NCBI GenBank assembly: GCA_965655095.1
Contig: OZ296656.1
Coordinates: 21,390,001-21,454,000, forward strand
Source of the DNA: Haplodiscus bocki
Lineage: Eukaryota
Direction of reading: 5' to 3'
DNA: 64,000 nt
This document shows positions 48,201 through 62,367 of this stretch, piece by piece. The notes beneath the pieces are model-generated. The model was not told the origin of the DNA, did no database searches, and saw only the letters and a list, made by a program, of their open reading frames with translations. Made by a program: the position numbers and the translations under genes. Each line of letters begins with the position of its first letter. Positions within the stretch are counted from its first letter, which is position 1.

Positions 48201-51200
48201 AAAATCCAGGTACTTATTGATGACAAACCCTAAAAATATAAAAATTCATACATTTTTGGTAACTTGTCTTCCGGAAATTGATTTTCACGATAGGGAATGC
48301 AATTTTGACAACCGGGCTTTTTTTCCCAAAATCCATAACTTTTTCAAACGAAGTCTAATTTTTTTTCAAGGTTTCGCATTAGTTTCCAACAACAAATAAT
48401 TACCAGAACACTTTAAGTGCAGTACTCACTTAACAACCGAAAAAAAACCTGTTACGAGTCAAAACTGTTTACGCTTAAAATCCAAAACAATTGATATTTT
48501 TTTTCAAACAAAATGTTTTGGTCAAGAAGGTGCTGCCGACAAGTAGAGTCTAGTTTTCACCACAAATTAGAGATCTTTTCGTTTTTCCGGTTTTTGGCTC
48601 AGAGTCTGAAAATTTTTAGCTCAAACTCCAAAGAGATCTAATGTTGTCAAAGCCTTTTTTCGATCAAACTTATCCCCTGAACAGCCCGAATGGAGTTTCA
48701 ACGACGCTGCCGTAAGTATTTTACTCAAAGTCCAAAAACTTATCGTCGAAAACCGGCTGTATCTAAGTTTCTGTGGAACTTTTGTTTTCCCAAAGCTTAC
48801 CATAGGAAACTAAAACTGCACTTTTGATAGAACCAACAAAGTCTTCGCAATTAAATCCAATTTTCCTTACACCGAAGAGTGCGAGAAAGCATTGATAAGT
48901 CCTTCCAATGGTCTGTAGCATGAAACTGATATTTTGCACATTGAAAAGCTGTTTTCACAACCCTCCCGAAATTTTTTGCTCCCGAAGTCCCAATAGTAAC
49001 AGATGATAGTCCGCGGACAAAACCACAAGACTTTTATTTTTTTGTCAGAACTTGTTCCTTACAATAGGTACCTCGCGACATGAAAAGTGCAAACTTGACA
49101 ACCTTATCGGGTTCGTTTTCAACCGAAAATCGGAGTCTTTTCAGTTAAAGACCGATAAAGTCACATTGATTTATCCTCTCCAAGTTTTTCAACAAAAAAC
49201 TATCCTCCGGACTTAAAATGCAGTTTGGTAAACCTGCTGGATTGTTGCGCTCAAGGTGCGGTTAGTTTCCGCTAAAAATACGGACAAGACTATTCACTGT
49301 TTATTACAAAAACTTGTTTGTTGAAAAAAAATCCTCGGGATACAGAAGAAGTCGTTTTTTGCAACGGTGCCTTTGTTCTTGCCCCAACTGGGACTTCAGT
49401 TGCTGCCCGTCCAAAAAATCGTTTTCCTAAATACTTTTGATTTTCTGAAATCAAAATTGATCTTCCGGTCTCTCAAAATGCAGTTTCGAGAAACCTACTG
49501 AAATGACTTCGGTCAGGGTTGGAATACTTTCTGCTCAAAGTTTGGATAAGTTAATAAAGTTTTTTGAAAAAACTTGTTCGTTGCAAAACGTTGCTCACGA
49601 CACGAGAAAAGCAGTTTTGACAACCCTACCGGAAAGTTTTTCTCAAAATCCCCTTAGTTATTGATGAAAAACCGATGAATGAAAAATTTAGGTTCATTCT
49701 TTTTTCAATTTTTTATTTTTCGCGAAAATTTCATCAGGACAACGATAAGGCAGTTGCAACCGTGCCATTTTTTTCCGAAATCCGCAATTTTTTGACTCAA
49801 TTCCAAAAAAAACAGTTTCTCGAATCTTTAACTTTTTGAAATTTCTGCTCGATCACAGTTGTTCCCCTGGGCACACAAAAAGCAGTTTTAACAACTGCTC
49901 TGAACCTTCTTTGTTCAATGTCGACGTACGAATAGTTTCCGGTCAAAGTCCAGAAAGCAATATTTAATTTTTTTCAGTAGTAAGATTTCGCTAACACGAT
50001 CCTCCGGACAAGTAACATAAAGTTTCAGCTCCTTTTGGAAATTTTTTGTGTTTTGTCTGAAAAACTTCATCTCAGTTCCAAACAGATCTAACCTTTTGGA
50101 AATCATTCCAAACTTTCTATCGGACTAAAGCTTTCGATACCCAAAACAGAGTTTTGAAAATCCATCCTTGAATCTCTTCTTCAAATATCAAAAACGTTTT
50201 GCTGGAAATTGGATAAAGTTATTTTTTCCGGAATATTTGTTTGCCACAAATTTTTCCATAGGACAACGAAAATGCATTTTTGATAGTCACACCAAAAATT
50301 AACCGCATGAAATCCATTTTTCTCGCTCGAGGTCCAAAAACAAATTTTGATAGACTCGTGCCGTTTTTTTCGAGAAAGATCTTATAGACAGGTATATAGC
50401 AGTTTATTCAACAGAAATCTCCCGAATTGATCATCTTGGTAAAAAGAATGCAGCTTTGGCCAGACTGCAGAAACTTTATGTTCATAGTCCGAAAAAACCT
50501 GAAAAAAAATTAGTTTCATTTCAAAACGTTAAATCGACCGGAATCATCATCTCTAAAAGTAAAATGCAACTTTGAAAAACCTGCAGAAAGTTTTTCGTTC
50601 CAATTCGAATTCGTTTTTGTTTCAATGTTCAAAAAATAATAAATTTCTGTTAAAAGCGCTTTGTTCGCAAATATATACCTGCGACACGATCAGTGTATTT
50701 TTGACAACCATGCCGCTGTTTTCGCCGAAGCTCCGACCTTTATACTCAAACTTCGGAAGAAAAGTATTAGTCTCCCAAAATTTCCCAACTAAACTGACCC
50801 TCAGGACACGTAAGATGCAGTTTTAAACATGTTGTCGAAAACCTTCCGCTCAAACAAATTTTGCTCAAAATCAGAAAACATGCTTTTTTTGCACCAAATA
50901 CCGTAAATTTCTCACTGAAAGTCAAAAAAAGTTTTTCAAAGCTTATCAAATTAGTTTTCAACCACTTTTTTTTCCATGGGCATAACAAATGCACGTTTTG
51001 AAACTAAATTGAAGTTTTTCTGTTCACAATCAATGTCCGATTGATTCCGGTCGAAATCGAAAAAAGAATATATATTTTCTTCCAAAAAAATACTTTTTGG
51101 TAAGAAAATCTTGAAGATAAATAGATTATAGTATATACCAGCCGGCGTTGGAACTTTCGCTCAAATTCCGAACAGGTACTGCTCAGTCCGGAAGAATAAA

Positions 51201-54200
51201 AAATTCCCTGAGAAACTCCTCAGATTTTTTTCCCAACGGAACCGTTTCTGAGAACATGAAAAATTCAATTTTGACAACTGCTCCGAAATTTTTCCGCGCG
51301 AACTCTGAAGTTATCTTACTCAAGTTTCCCAAAAAAAATTCTTAGAAAAACATGAATCCTTTTTTCTAAAGCAAATAGTTCCTCTCAACACATATGGAGT
51401 TTTAACAAAGCTTCAGATATTTGTTCCCCAAAATCCAGGTAGCTATTAATGACAGGCTGTAATAATATCAAAATCCATATAGTTTCTGGGACTTGTTTGG
51501 CTGAAAATGATCTTCACGGCGCGGATAGCAGTTTTAACAACCGGGCCATTTTTTATTCCCCAGAAGCCATAATTTTTTCAGACGAAGTCCAAAGTTTTTT
51601 TCAAGCTTTCGAAATAATTTCCAACCACAAATAGTTACCAAAAAACTTCAAATGCAATACTGACTAAACAGCCAAAAAAACTGTTCAGAGTCAAAATTGC
51701 TTACGCTTAAAATCTAAAACAATTGATATTTTTTTCCAAACAAAATGTTTGTGTCAAGAAGGTGCTGTAGACAAGTAGGGTCTAGTTTTCACCACACATT
51801 AGAGATTTTTCGACTTTCCGGTTTTTTGCTCAGAGTCTGAAAATTTTTAGCTCAAACTCCGAAGAGATTTAATGTTATCAAACCCTTTTTTTCGATCAAA
51901 CTTGTCCTCTGAACAGCCCGAATGGAGTTTCAACGACGCTGCCGTAAGTATTTTACTCAAAGTCCAAAAACTTATCGTCGAAAACCGGCTGTATCTAAGT
52001 TTCTGTGGAACTTTTGTTTTCCCAAAGCTTACCATAGGAAACTAAAACTGCACTTTTGATAGAACCAACAAAGTCTTCGCAATTAAATCCAATTTTCCGT
52101 ACACCGAAGAGTGCAAGAAAGCATTGATAAGTCCTTCCAATGGTCTGTAGCATGAAACTGATATTTTGCACACTTGAAAAGCTGTTTTCACAACCCTCCC
52201 GAAATTTTTTGCTCCCGAAGTCCCAATAGTAACAGATGATAGTCCGGACAAAACCACAAGACTTTTATTTTTTTGTCAGAACTTGTTCCTTACAATAGGT
52301 ACCTCGCGACATGAAAAGTGCAAACTTGACAACCTTATCGGGTTCGTTTTCAACCGAAAATCGGAGTCTTTTCAGTTAAAGACCGATAAAGTCACATTGA
52401 TTTATCCTCTCCAAGTTTTTCAACAAAAAACTATCCTCCGGACTTAAAATGCAGTTTGGTAAACCTGCTGGATTGTTGCGCTCAAGGTGCGAATAGTTTC
52501 CGCTGAAAATACGGACAAGACTATTCATTGTTTATTACAAAAACTTGTTTGTTGAAAAAAAATCCTCGGGATACAGAAGAAGTCGTTTTTTGCAACGGTG
52601 CCTTTGTTCTTGCCCCAACTGGGACTTCAGTTGCTGCCAGTCCAAAAAATCGTTTTCCTAAATACTTTTGATTTTCTGAAATCAAAATTGATCTTCCGGT
52701 CTCTCAAAATGCAGTTTCGAGAAACCTACTGAAATGACTTCGGTCAGGGTTGGAATACTTTCTGCTCAAAGTTTGGATAAGTTAATAAAGTTTTTTGAAA
52801 AAACTTGTTCGTTGCAAAACGTTGCTCACGACACGAGAAAAGCAGTTTTGACAACCCTACCGGAAAGTTTTTCTCAAAATCCCCTTAGTTATTGATGAAA
52901 AACCGATGAATGAAAAATTTAGGTTCATTCTTTTTTCAATTTTTTATTTTTCGCGAAAATTTCATCAGGACAACGATAAGGCAGTTGCAACCGTGCCATT
53001 TTTTTCCGAAATCCGCAATTTTTTGACTCAATTCCAAAAAAAACAGTTTCTCGAATCTTTAACTTTTTGAAATTTCTGCTCGATCACAGTTGTTCCCCTG
53101 GGCACACAAAAAGCAGTTTTAACAACTGCTCTGAACCTTCTTTGTTCAATGTCGACGTACGAATAGTTTCCGGTCAAAGTCCAGAAAGCAATATTTAATT
53201 TTTTTCAGTAGTAAGATTTCGCTAACACGATCCTCCGGACAAGTAACATAAAGTTTCAGCTCCTTTTGGAAATTTTTTGTGTTTTGTCCGAAAAACTTCA
53301 TCTCAGTTCCAAACAGATCTAACCTTTTGGAAATCATTCCAAACTTTCTATCGGACTAAAGCTTTCGATACCCAAAACAGAGTTTTGAAAATCCATCCTT
53401 GAATCTCTTCTTCAAATATCAAAAACGTTTTGCTGGAAATTGGATAAAGTTATTTTTTCCGGAATATTTGTTTGCCACAAATTTTTCCATAGGACAACGA
53501 AAATGCATTTTTGATAGTCACACCAAAAATTAACCGCATGAAATCCATTTTTCTCGCTCGAGGTCCAAAAACAAATTTTGATAGACTCGTGCCGTTTTTT
53601 TCGAGAAAGATCTTATAGACAGGTATATAGCAGTTTATTCAACAGAAATCTCCCGAATTGATCATCTTGGTAAAAAGAATGCAGCTTTGGCCAGACTGCA
53701 GAAACTTTATGTTCATAGTCCGAAAAAACCTGAAAAAAAATTAGTTTCATTTCAAAACGTTAAATCGACCGGAATCATCATCTCTAAAAGTAAAATGCAA
53801 CTTTGAAAAACCTGCAGAAAGTTTTTCGTTCCAATTCGAATTCGTTTTTGTTTCAATGTTCAAAAAATAATAAATTTCTGTTAAAAGCGCTTTGTTCGCA
53901 AATATATACCTGCGACACGATCAGTGTATTTTTGACAACCATGCCGCTGTTTTCGCCGAAGCTCCGACCTTTATACTCAAACTTCGGAAGAAAAGTATTA
54001 GTCTCCCAAAATTTCCCAACTAAACTGACCCTCAGGACACGTAAGATGCAGTTTTAAACATGTTGTCGAAAACCTTCCGCTCAAACAAATTTTGCTCAAA
54101 ATCAGAAAACATGCTTTTTTTGCACCAAATACCGTAAATTTCTCACTGAAAGTCAAAAAAAGTTTTTCAAAGCTTATCAAATTAGTTTTCAACCACTTTT

Positions 54201-57200
54201 TTTTCCATGGGCATAACAAATGCACGTTTTGAAACTAAATTGAAGTTTTTCTGTTCACAATCAATGTCCGATTGATTCCGGTCGAAATCGAAAAAAGAAT
54301 ATATATTTTCTTCCAAAAAAATACTTTTTGGTAAGAAAATCTTGAAGATAAATAGATTATAGTATATACCAGCCGGCGTTGGAACTTTCGCTCAAATTCC
54401 GAACAGGTACTGCTCAGTCCGGAAGAATAAAAAATTCCCTGAGAAACTCCTCAGATTTTTTTCCCAACGGAACCGTTTCTGAGAACATGAAAAATTCAAT
54501 TTTGACAACTGCTCCGAAATTTTTCCGCGCGAACTCTGAAGTTATCTTACTCAAGTTTCCCAAAAAAAATTCTTAGAAAAACATGAATCCTTTTTTCTAA
54601 AGCAAATAGTTCCTCTCAACACATATGGAGTTTTAACAAAGCTTCAGATATTTGTTCCCCAAAATCCAGGTAGCTATTAATGACAGGCTGTAATAATATC
54701 AAAATCCATATAGTTTCTGGGACTTGTTTGGCTGAAAATGATCTTCACGGCGCGGATAGCAGTTTTAACAACCGGGCCATTTTTTATTCCCCAGAAGCCA
54801 TAATTTTTTCAGACGAAGTCCAAAGTTTTTTTCAAGCTTTCGAAATAATTTCCAACCACAAATAGTTACCAAAAAACTTCAAATGCAATACTGACTAAAC
54901 AGCCAAAAAAACTGTTCAGAGTCAAAATTGCTTACGCTTAAAATCTAAAACAATTGATATTTTTTTCCAAACAAAATGTTTGTGTCAAGAAGGTGCTGTA
55001 GACAAGTAGGGTCTAGTTTTCACCACACATTAGAGATTTTTCGACTTTCCGGTTTTTTGCTCAGAGTCTGAAAATTTTTAGCTCAAACTCCGAAGAGATT
55101 TAATGTTATCAAACCCTTTTTTTCGATCAAACTTGTCCTCTGAACAGCCCGAATGGAGTTTCAACGACGCTGCCGTAAGTATTTTACTCAAAGTCCAAAA
55201 ACTTATCGTCGAAAACCGGCTGTATCTAAGTTTCTGTGGAACTTTTGTTTTCCCAAAGCTTACCATAGGAAACTAAAACTGCACTTTTGATAGAACCAAC
55301 AAAGTCTTCGCAATTAAATCCAATTTTCCGTACACCGAAGAGTGCAAGAAAGCATTGATAAGTCCTTCCAATGGTCTGTAGCATGAAACTGATATTTTGC
55401 ACACTTGAAAAGCTGTTTTCACAACCCTCCCGAAATTTTTTGCTCCCGAAGTCCCAATAGTAACAGATGATAGTCCGGACAAAACCACAAGACTTTTATT
55501 TTTTTGTCAGAACTTGTTCCTTACAATAGGTACCTCGCGACATGAAAAGTGCAAACTTGACAACCTTATCGGGTTCGTTTTCAACCGAAAATCGGAGTCT
55601 TTTCAGTTAAAGACCGATAAAGTCACATTGATTTATCCTCTCCAAGTTTTTCAACAAAAAACTATCCTCCGGACTTAAAATGCAGTTTGGTAAACCTGCT
55701 GGATTGTTGCGCTCAAGGTGCGAATAGTTTCCGCTGAAAATACGGACAAGACTATTCATTGTTTATTACAAAAACTTGTTTGTTGAAAAAAAATCCTCGG
55801 GATACAGAAGAAGTCGTTTTTTGCAACGGTGCCTTTGTTCTTGCCCCAACTGGGACTTCAGTTGCTGCCAGTCCAAAAAATCGTTTTCCTAAATACTTTT
55901 GATTTTCTGAAATCAAAATTGATCTTCCGGTCTCTCAAAATGCAGTTTCGAGAAACCTACTGAAATGACTTCGGTCAGGGTTGGAATACTTTCTGCTCAA
56001 AGTTTGGATAAGTTAATAAAGTTTTTTGAAAAAACTTGTTCGTTGCAAAACGTTGCTCACGACACGAGAAAAGCAGTTTTGACAACCCTAAAAAGTTTCT
56101 CTCAAAATCCCCTTAGTTATTGATGAAAAACCGATGAATGAAAAATTTAGGTTCATTCTTTTTTCAATTTTTTATTTTTCGCGAAAATTTCATCAGGACA
56201 ACGATAAGGCAGTTGCAACCGTGCCATTTTTTTCCGAAATCCGCAATTTTTTGACTCAATTCCAAAAAAAACAGTTTCTCGAATCTTTAACTTTTTGAAA
56301 TTTCTGCTCGATCACAGTTGTTCCCCTGGGCACACAAAAAGCAGTTTTAACAACTGCTCTGAACCTTCTTTGTTCAATGTCGACGTACGAATAGTTTCCG
56401 GTCAAAGTCCAGAAAGCAATATTTAATTTTTTTCAGTAGTAAGATTTCGCTAACACGATCCTCCGGACAAGTAACATAAAGTTTCAGCTCCTTTTGGAAA
56501 TTTTTTGTGTTTTGTCTGAAAAACTTCATCTCAGTTCCAAACAGATCTAACCTTTTGGAAATCATTCCAAACTTTCTATCGGACTAAAGCTTTCGATACC
56601 CAAAACAGAGTTTTGAAAATCCATCCTTGAATCTCTTCTTCAAATATCAAAAACGTTTTGCTGGAAATTGGATAAAGTTATTTTTTCCGGAATATTTGTT
56701 TGCCACAAATTTTTCCATAGGACAACGAAAATGCATTTTTGATAGTCACACCAAAAATTAACCGCATGAAATCCATTTTTCTCGCTCGAGGTCCAAAAAA
56801 CAAATTTTGATAGACTCGTGCCGTTTTTTTCGAGAAAGATCTTATAGACAGGTATATAGCAGTTTATTCAACAGAAATCTCCCGAATTGATCATCTTGGT
56901 AAAAAGAATGCAGCTTTGGCCAGACTGCAGAAACTTTATGTTCATAGTCCGAAAAAACCTGAAAAAAAATTAGTTTCATTTCAAAACGTTAAATCGACCG
57001 GAATCATCATCTCTAAAAGTAAAATGCAACTTTGAAAAACCTGCAGAAAGTTTTTCGTTCCAATTCGAATTCGTTTTTGTTTCAATGTTCAAAAAATAAT
57101 AAATTTCTGTTAAAAGCGCGTTGTTCGCAAATATATACCTGCGACACGATCAGTGTATTTTTGACAACCATGCCGCTGTTTTCGCCGAAGCTCCGACCTT

Positions 57201-57231
57201 TATACTCAAACTCCGGAAGAAAAGTATTAGT
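42277..57231 (+). repeat. Second satellite array of the same monomer family; diverged zone, then 2425/3054/3231/3229-bp HOR units
   Basis: The landmark GTTCRYAGTCCGAAAAAACCTG occurs at 45001, 47426, 50480, 53711 and 56940. Same TGCAGTTTTGACAA core and same orientation as the left array. Ends at the gap. Confidence 0.96.
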
Positions 57232-57431
57232 NNNNNNNNNNNNNNNNNNNNNNNNNNNNNNNNNNNNNNNNNNNNNNNNNNNNNNNNNNNNNNNNNNNNN
57301 NNNNNNNNNNNNNNNNNNNNNNNNNNNNNNNNNNNNNNNNNNNNNNNNNNNNNNNNNNNNNNNNNNNNNNNNNNNNNNNNNNNNNNNNNNNNNNNNNNNN
57401 NNNNNNNNNNNNNNNNNNNNNNNNNNNNNNN
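57232..57431. other. Assembly gap (200 N)
   Basis: A run of exactly 200 N, typical of a fixed-size scaffolding gap; the true distance is unknown. Confidence 0.99.
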
Positions 57432-60400
57432 GAAAACGTTTTCAAACCTAAAACATTAAAACAGATAGCTAGAGAAAATATTAAAATGAATGATAGAGAT
57501 TTAGTTTTAAAAAATGATTAATCCATTATATTTTACCGATGGAAAAATAGGAATAGGTTTCAAAAATATACTAGAAAATAACAATTTTAAGCAAGCAATT
57601 TCTATCTTATCAATCACACCTGTTTTTTTCAGAATTTGGGGTTGAAACAAGATATGTTAATCAAATTCTAAAAGAAATGGCTATTATCTATGCTAGAATA
57701 AAAAGAAATTTAAATATAAAAATCATATAATATTTTCAGCTAACTCTTATAACAGTAATGAAGAAGATCAAAGAAGTGACGAAATTGAATTATTTATCAA
57801 TTTGAGAATTAATCATAATTTAACAGAAGCTGATATTAAAAACGTTGACGCTAAATTTCATTTAGAACATCAAATTCAATTTCAGGAAACAAAGGAAAGT
57901 GGTTGGATTTTTGATAAAGTTAATTCAATGAAAATCAGATATTATAAAACTGGGGAGTTAAATGGTTCGAATTATGTTAAAATACATTTAAAACCTTCTG
58001 CTTTAATAAATACTAAAAATTATGATAAATATTGTCTTTTAAGTCAATATTAGCTAAGCTTCGTCCCCGTGAAATTGATCACCCTAACAGAGTTTCAAAT
58101 TTTGGACAATATTTTAATGAATTAAACATTGAAGGTTTTGATTTTACTAATGGAATTCAATGTAGTGATTCTCATAAATTTGAGAAATTGAACAATTTAT
58201 CTATTAACATATGTGAATTAAAATTTTGTCAACATGTACACAAATGGAAACGTAATTTAATACCTAATGAAAATAGTACAAATAATTCAAATAAAGTTAT
58301 TGACTTATTATTATACAAAAATCACAATGCTCTCAATAGAAAATTAGATGTGTTTTTAGTAGATCATCAGGACAATTTTATTTGTAGACGATGTTTGAAA
58401 TCATATACAATTGAAGATATGTTTTTGATACTTAAACCAAAATGTGAAAATACCGATATAACTGCGATTAGAACTTCAAGTGAATCACATCTTCATTGGA
58501 AAAAATCATTTCCAAAAAATTCCATTTTATTTCAGGATTTATGCAGTTTTTGAAGCTGATAAAGAAATTGATATTTATAGTGTAGGAAATAAAACAACTT
58601 ATATATTGGAGCAAAATCCGGTACTCAATGGTTATCATATAGAATCTGAATTGGATTATGTTTTTAAAAGTGGTCATTATAAATCTCCTCTAAATTATAA
58701 TATTGTTGATTGGTTTGTGGATGAAATTAAAAAATCAAAAATTAAGATGATTTCTAACTTCAAGAATACTAAGAAAGGTATCATATTGACAGAGGAAAAG
58801 GAAGAAGATTTTAAAAACATTAACAAATGTAGATTTTGTGGGAAAGAAATTTTATCTGATAAAGTTCGTGCTCACTGTCACTTAACAGGTAAATACAGAG
58901 ATACAGCCCATAACCTTTGTAATATTAATGTTACACAGAAATAATTTTCTTCCAATTATATTTCACACTTGTCGTAACTATGATTGTCATCTATTTTTTT
59001 AAAAGTTGGTTATTAAAAAAATTATTAAGTAAAAATTGAAATTATACCTAAGACGAAGGGAGAATATATTTGTGTAACAAGTGGTTGTATCAGACTTATA
59101 GGTAGATAAAGATTCCTATGAAATATTTTAGATAAAATAGTTAAAACTTTAGTTGATAATAGTATTAAAACATTGAAAAAAATGGAACAAGAAAACGTTG
59201 ATATTGATGAAGTATTAAATATTGTTAATGAAACAAAAATTTTAATTATAGAAGATAGGTATAAAAAGGATTCTATTGAAGAGTTACAGAAAGATTATCC
59301 AGATGAAAACGAAAAAGTAAAAGAAGTTTTACTTAATTATATGGGTGAAAATGATCCTAAAAAACTAAAAACAGAATTTGCCGATAAGTGGAATTATTTA
59401 ACCAAAAAAGCAACTTCTCTTTGTAAACACTTTAATACCATCGATGATTATCAAAAACCTGTTAACAACTTACAAAAAGGAGAATTCCTCAGTAAATAAG
59501 GAAACAAACGTCCTAGTGATGAAAAAAATGAAGGAACTAACAAAAGTAAAAATTTCAATATTAAAAAAAGGAGAAAAACTAACACAACTATATTTTAGAA
59601 GTGATGTTTTATTACTCAAATGTGTTTTTGAGACGTTTTTGAAAGTATCAATCAACAAATTTGGTATCAATCCTCATTATTTTGCTAGCTTACTTCGTTA
59701 TACGTGGCAGTGTGATTTAAAATGTACAGGAATAAACTTACAGACGCTTCAAGATAAAATTTTAATTTTTAATATTAGAAAAAAACAAACGCGGTGGAAT
59801 GAGCAGTGTTATGCGAGAAAGATATGTAAAATCGGATGAAAACAAAAAGATAATTTAAATGGATGCTACTATTTTATACGGACATACTAGGAGTCAATCC
59901 TTACCTTATGGTTAAATTGAGATGTGGCATGGTCATCCAGATCTTTAAAAGAATAAGTTGGAAGAAATTTCAAAAACTCAGATGATAATGGTATTGGATT
60001 TTTCATTGAAGTTGATGTAAGAACTTCTGATAATATAAAAGAAAAAACACAAAAATTTCCATTTTGTCCTGAAATTAACGTTATTCATAAAGATAAGTTT
60101 GAGGATTATATGAAAAAAATAAAACCTAAGAGTTATACAAAATTTTAAAGAATAATGTGTGTGTGGTCTGATAAGAAAAATTCTTTGATTCATTACAGGA
60201 TGTTAAAGTTTTTTGTAGGACATGGTATGGTTGTTATTAAAGTTCATGAGATAAACTCATATAAACAGAATGAGTGGTTAGAAAAACATATACTTTACAA
60301 TACACGAAAGAGAAGAAGGGCTAAAAACGAATTCGAGAAAGATTTGCAGAAATTATTGAATAACGCATTTTATGGTAAGACTACGGAAAATGTGCGAAAT

Positions 60401-61114
60401 CGTTTGCGATTAGAAGTTCTTAAAAATGATCAAAACAAAAAAACAATAAAACAACAATCAAATTTAAACTTCAAAGGAATCCATAAATCATATGAAAATT
60501 GTGATAGTTATGCATTTAAACAAAATGAAGTCTTGATGGATCAGCCTGTTTACTTAGGTTTTGCTGTATTAGAATTATCGAACTTACACATGTATGAGAC
60601 ATATTAAGATAAATTACAACCTCATTTTAGACAAAAAACTACTCAATTACATTATATAGATACGGATGCATTCGTATTGAGTGTGAATAGAAACGATATT
60701 ATCAGAGACTTACATAATTTGGAAGACATATTTGATTTCAAAAATCTAGATCAAAATCATGAATTTTTTAGTATTAAAAACAAAAAAGTATTTGGAAATT
60801 TTACAAGTGAAACTCCTAAAAATCTTTGGATTGATGATTTTGTTTGTCTAAGAAGTAAAATATTTTCGCCTAAATGTGGAGATGAGAGTAAAAATAAATT
60901 AAAATGTTTTTCTCAATCTCAAACAAAGCAAAATGAAATTGATGAAACTGAAAAATGTTTGGGTGGAAAGGAATATGAAGGAGAATGTGATAATTATGTT
61001 TTGAAATCAATTAATCATGAAATGTATTTTCAACAAGTAAAAAAATCGACAATATATATTTTCGATGATAAAAGGAATTGATTGAATGATAAGGAAAGTT
61101 TACCTTGGATTTAG
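57432..61114 (+). pseudogene. polB: Protein-primed family B DNA polymerase of a Polinton/Maverick/adintovirus-type element, degenerate
   Basis: ESGWIFDKV, NGSNYVKI, FICRRCL; exo I FRIYAVFE; EndoVII-like CRFC...VRAHCHLTGKYRDTAHNLCN; exo II-like NYDCHLF; exo III YFRSDVLLL; RGGMSSV; motif A MDATILYG; motif B KLLNNAFYGKTTEN; motif C YIDTDAF (60653-60673); C-terminal FDDKR. Many frameshifts and stops. Confidence 0.93.
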
Positions 61115-61454
61115 CTCTGATTGAGTGTTTTTTATTAATCCTCCATACCAAATCTCTAGATTTTTTCCATATACTGCAACAATAGTCATTACCTTTTTTC
61201 TCTGAAAATTTTTTATTATAGGTTTGAAAAAATTGTCATTTTCACTATTTACTTTAGATTGTTTATATTGCTTAATAAAATAGACTTTGTTTTTAAAAAC
61301 TCCATAACGGTGTTATTGTTATAAACATCATACCTTAAACAATGAATCATTTTCAATAAATTAATAATAATAACTTGATCATCATCTTTATCAGTTTTCA
61401 ATTTTCTTCAGTCATTGGTTTATCTTTATATAAATCTTGTATCATAGTTGGCAT
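61100..61454 (-). pseudogene. Possible small degenerate ORF convergent with polB
   Basis: Reads MPTMIQDLYKDKPMTEEN...EKKVMTIVAVYGKNLEIWYGGLI with interruptions. Base composition matches the polB region. Confidence 0.3.
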
Positions 61455-61522
61455 TTTTTATTTATAGGTTTTGTTTCACTGTTAAAAACTGAACACTAAT
61501 GAATGAAGTCTCAAAAGACGTT

Positions 61523-62160
61523 TTATTGAAAAAAATTTTTTATTTCAAATAATCCGTTACTTATAAACGAATGAAAACGAATCACATGTTGTGAAAAAAT
61601 AGAAAGTTGATAATCCACTCCTTACTGACATAGATTCTATAATAAATAGTTGTCTTAAAGATTGTCATAATGATTTTTTTCATAAACATAAATATGAATG
61701 CTTCTATGATATTAAAGTTAAAAATATTACTAAAAATGAAATAATTAATTTGGCAATTAGTGGTAAAAGCATGATTTTGTATGAGTTAAATAAGTAAGCA
61801 GAAATTGCTAGACAAAAAGCTTCTATAATTAATCAAATAAACAAACTAACAATGAGTTTTTCTTCGCATTTACGAGTTATAAACATAAGTTATTATCTGA
61901 ACTTCCAAATACCAATGTGTCAAAGACAATTTTCAGAGTGATCTTACAGGATGGAGAATATGTAGAAAAATTTTGCAATGACATGGAAATACAATTTCAT
62001 TTTGCATGTCAGAAATGGTTCAGTCAATTAAACTAAGAAACGCACGTGAATTCATAAATTCAATTTCATTTCTACTTTAACATAAATTTCTAGTTTCAAA
62101 TTTGTTTCTAAGTTAACAAATTTTTTTTGAAAATCCTCATAAATTTATGAATTCACCTTT
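61523..62160 (+). repeat. Direct repeat copy 1, containing a degenerate ORF of unknown function (probably Polinton-derived)
   Basis: Collinear with 63361-64000 (offset 1838). Reconstructed peptide ...DNPLLTDIDSII.SC.KDCHNDFFHK.KYEC.YDIK...NEIINL.ISGKSM.LYELN...QIPMC.RQFFRVI...FCNDME..FHFACQKWFSQLN* ends at ~62036. Confidence 0.85.
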
Positions 62161-62367
62161 CTTTAGAACTAGACGTATTTTTAAGTTCAACATATTTTTA
62201 CAATTTCACATAATTTTTTTACACATAAATTTTTACTTTTTTTATAAATTCCTGTGTACTCGCTTTGATTAGACTGTTTGAAAAAAATTCTACAAAACTA
62301 AATTTTCATCCCTGTGTACCCCCATTGACAAAGTTTAATTTCTATTATTATTTTACTTGATTTTCAC

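Noticed and set aside
1-57231. Hammerhead-ribozyme satellite (retrozyme)
   Set aside because: No CUGAUGA...GAAA core with flanking stems recurs per monomer, by eye. Only an Infernal search could fully exclude other ribozyme classes.
57032-57459. ORFs spanning the N run, and physical adjacency of the satellite and polB
   Set aside because: These are artefacts of the 200-N gap; the true distance and orientation across it are unknown.
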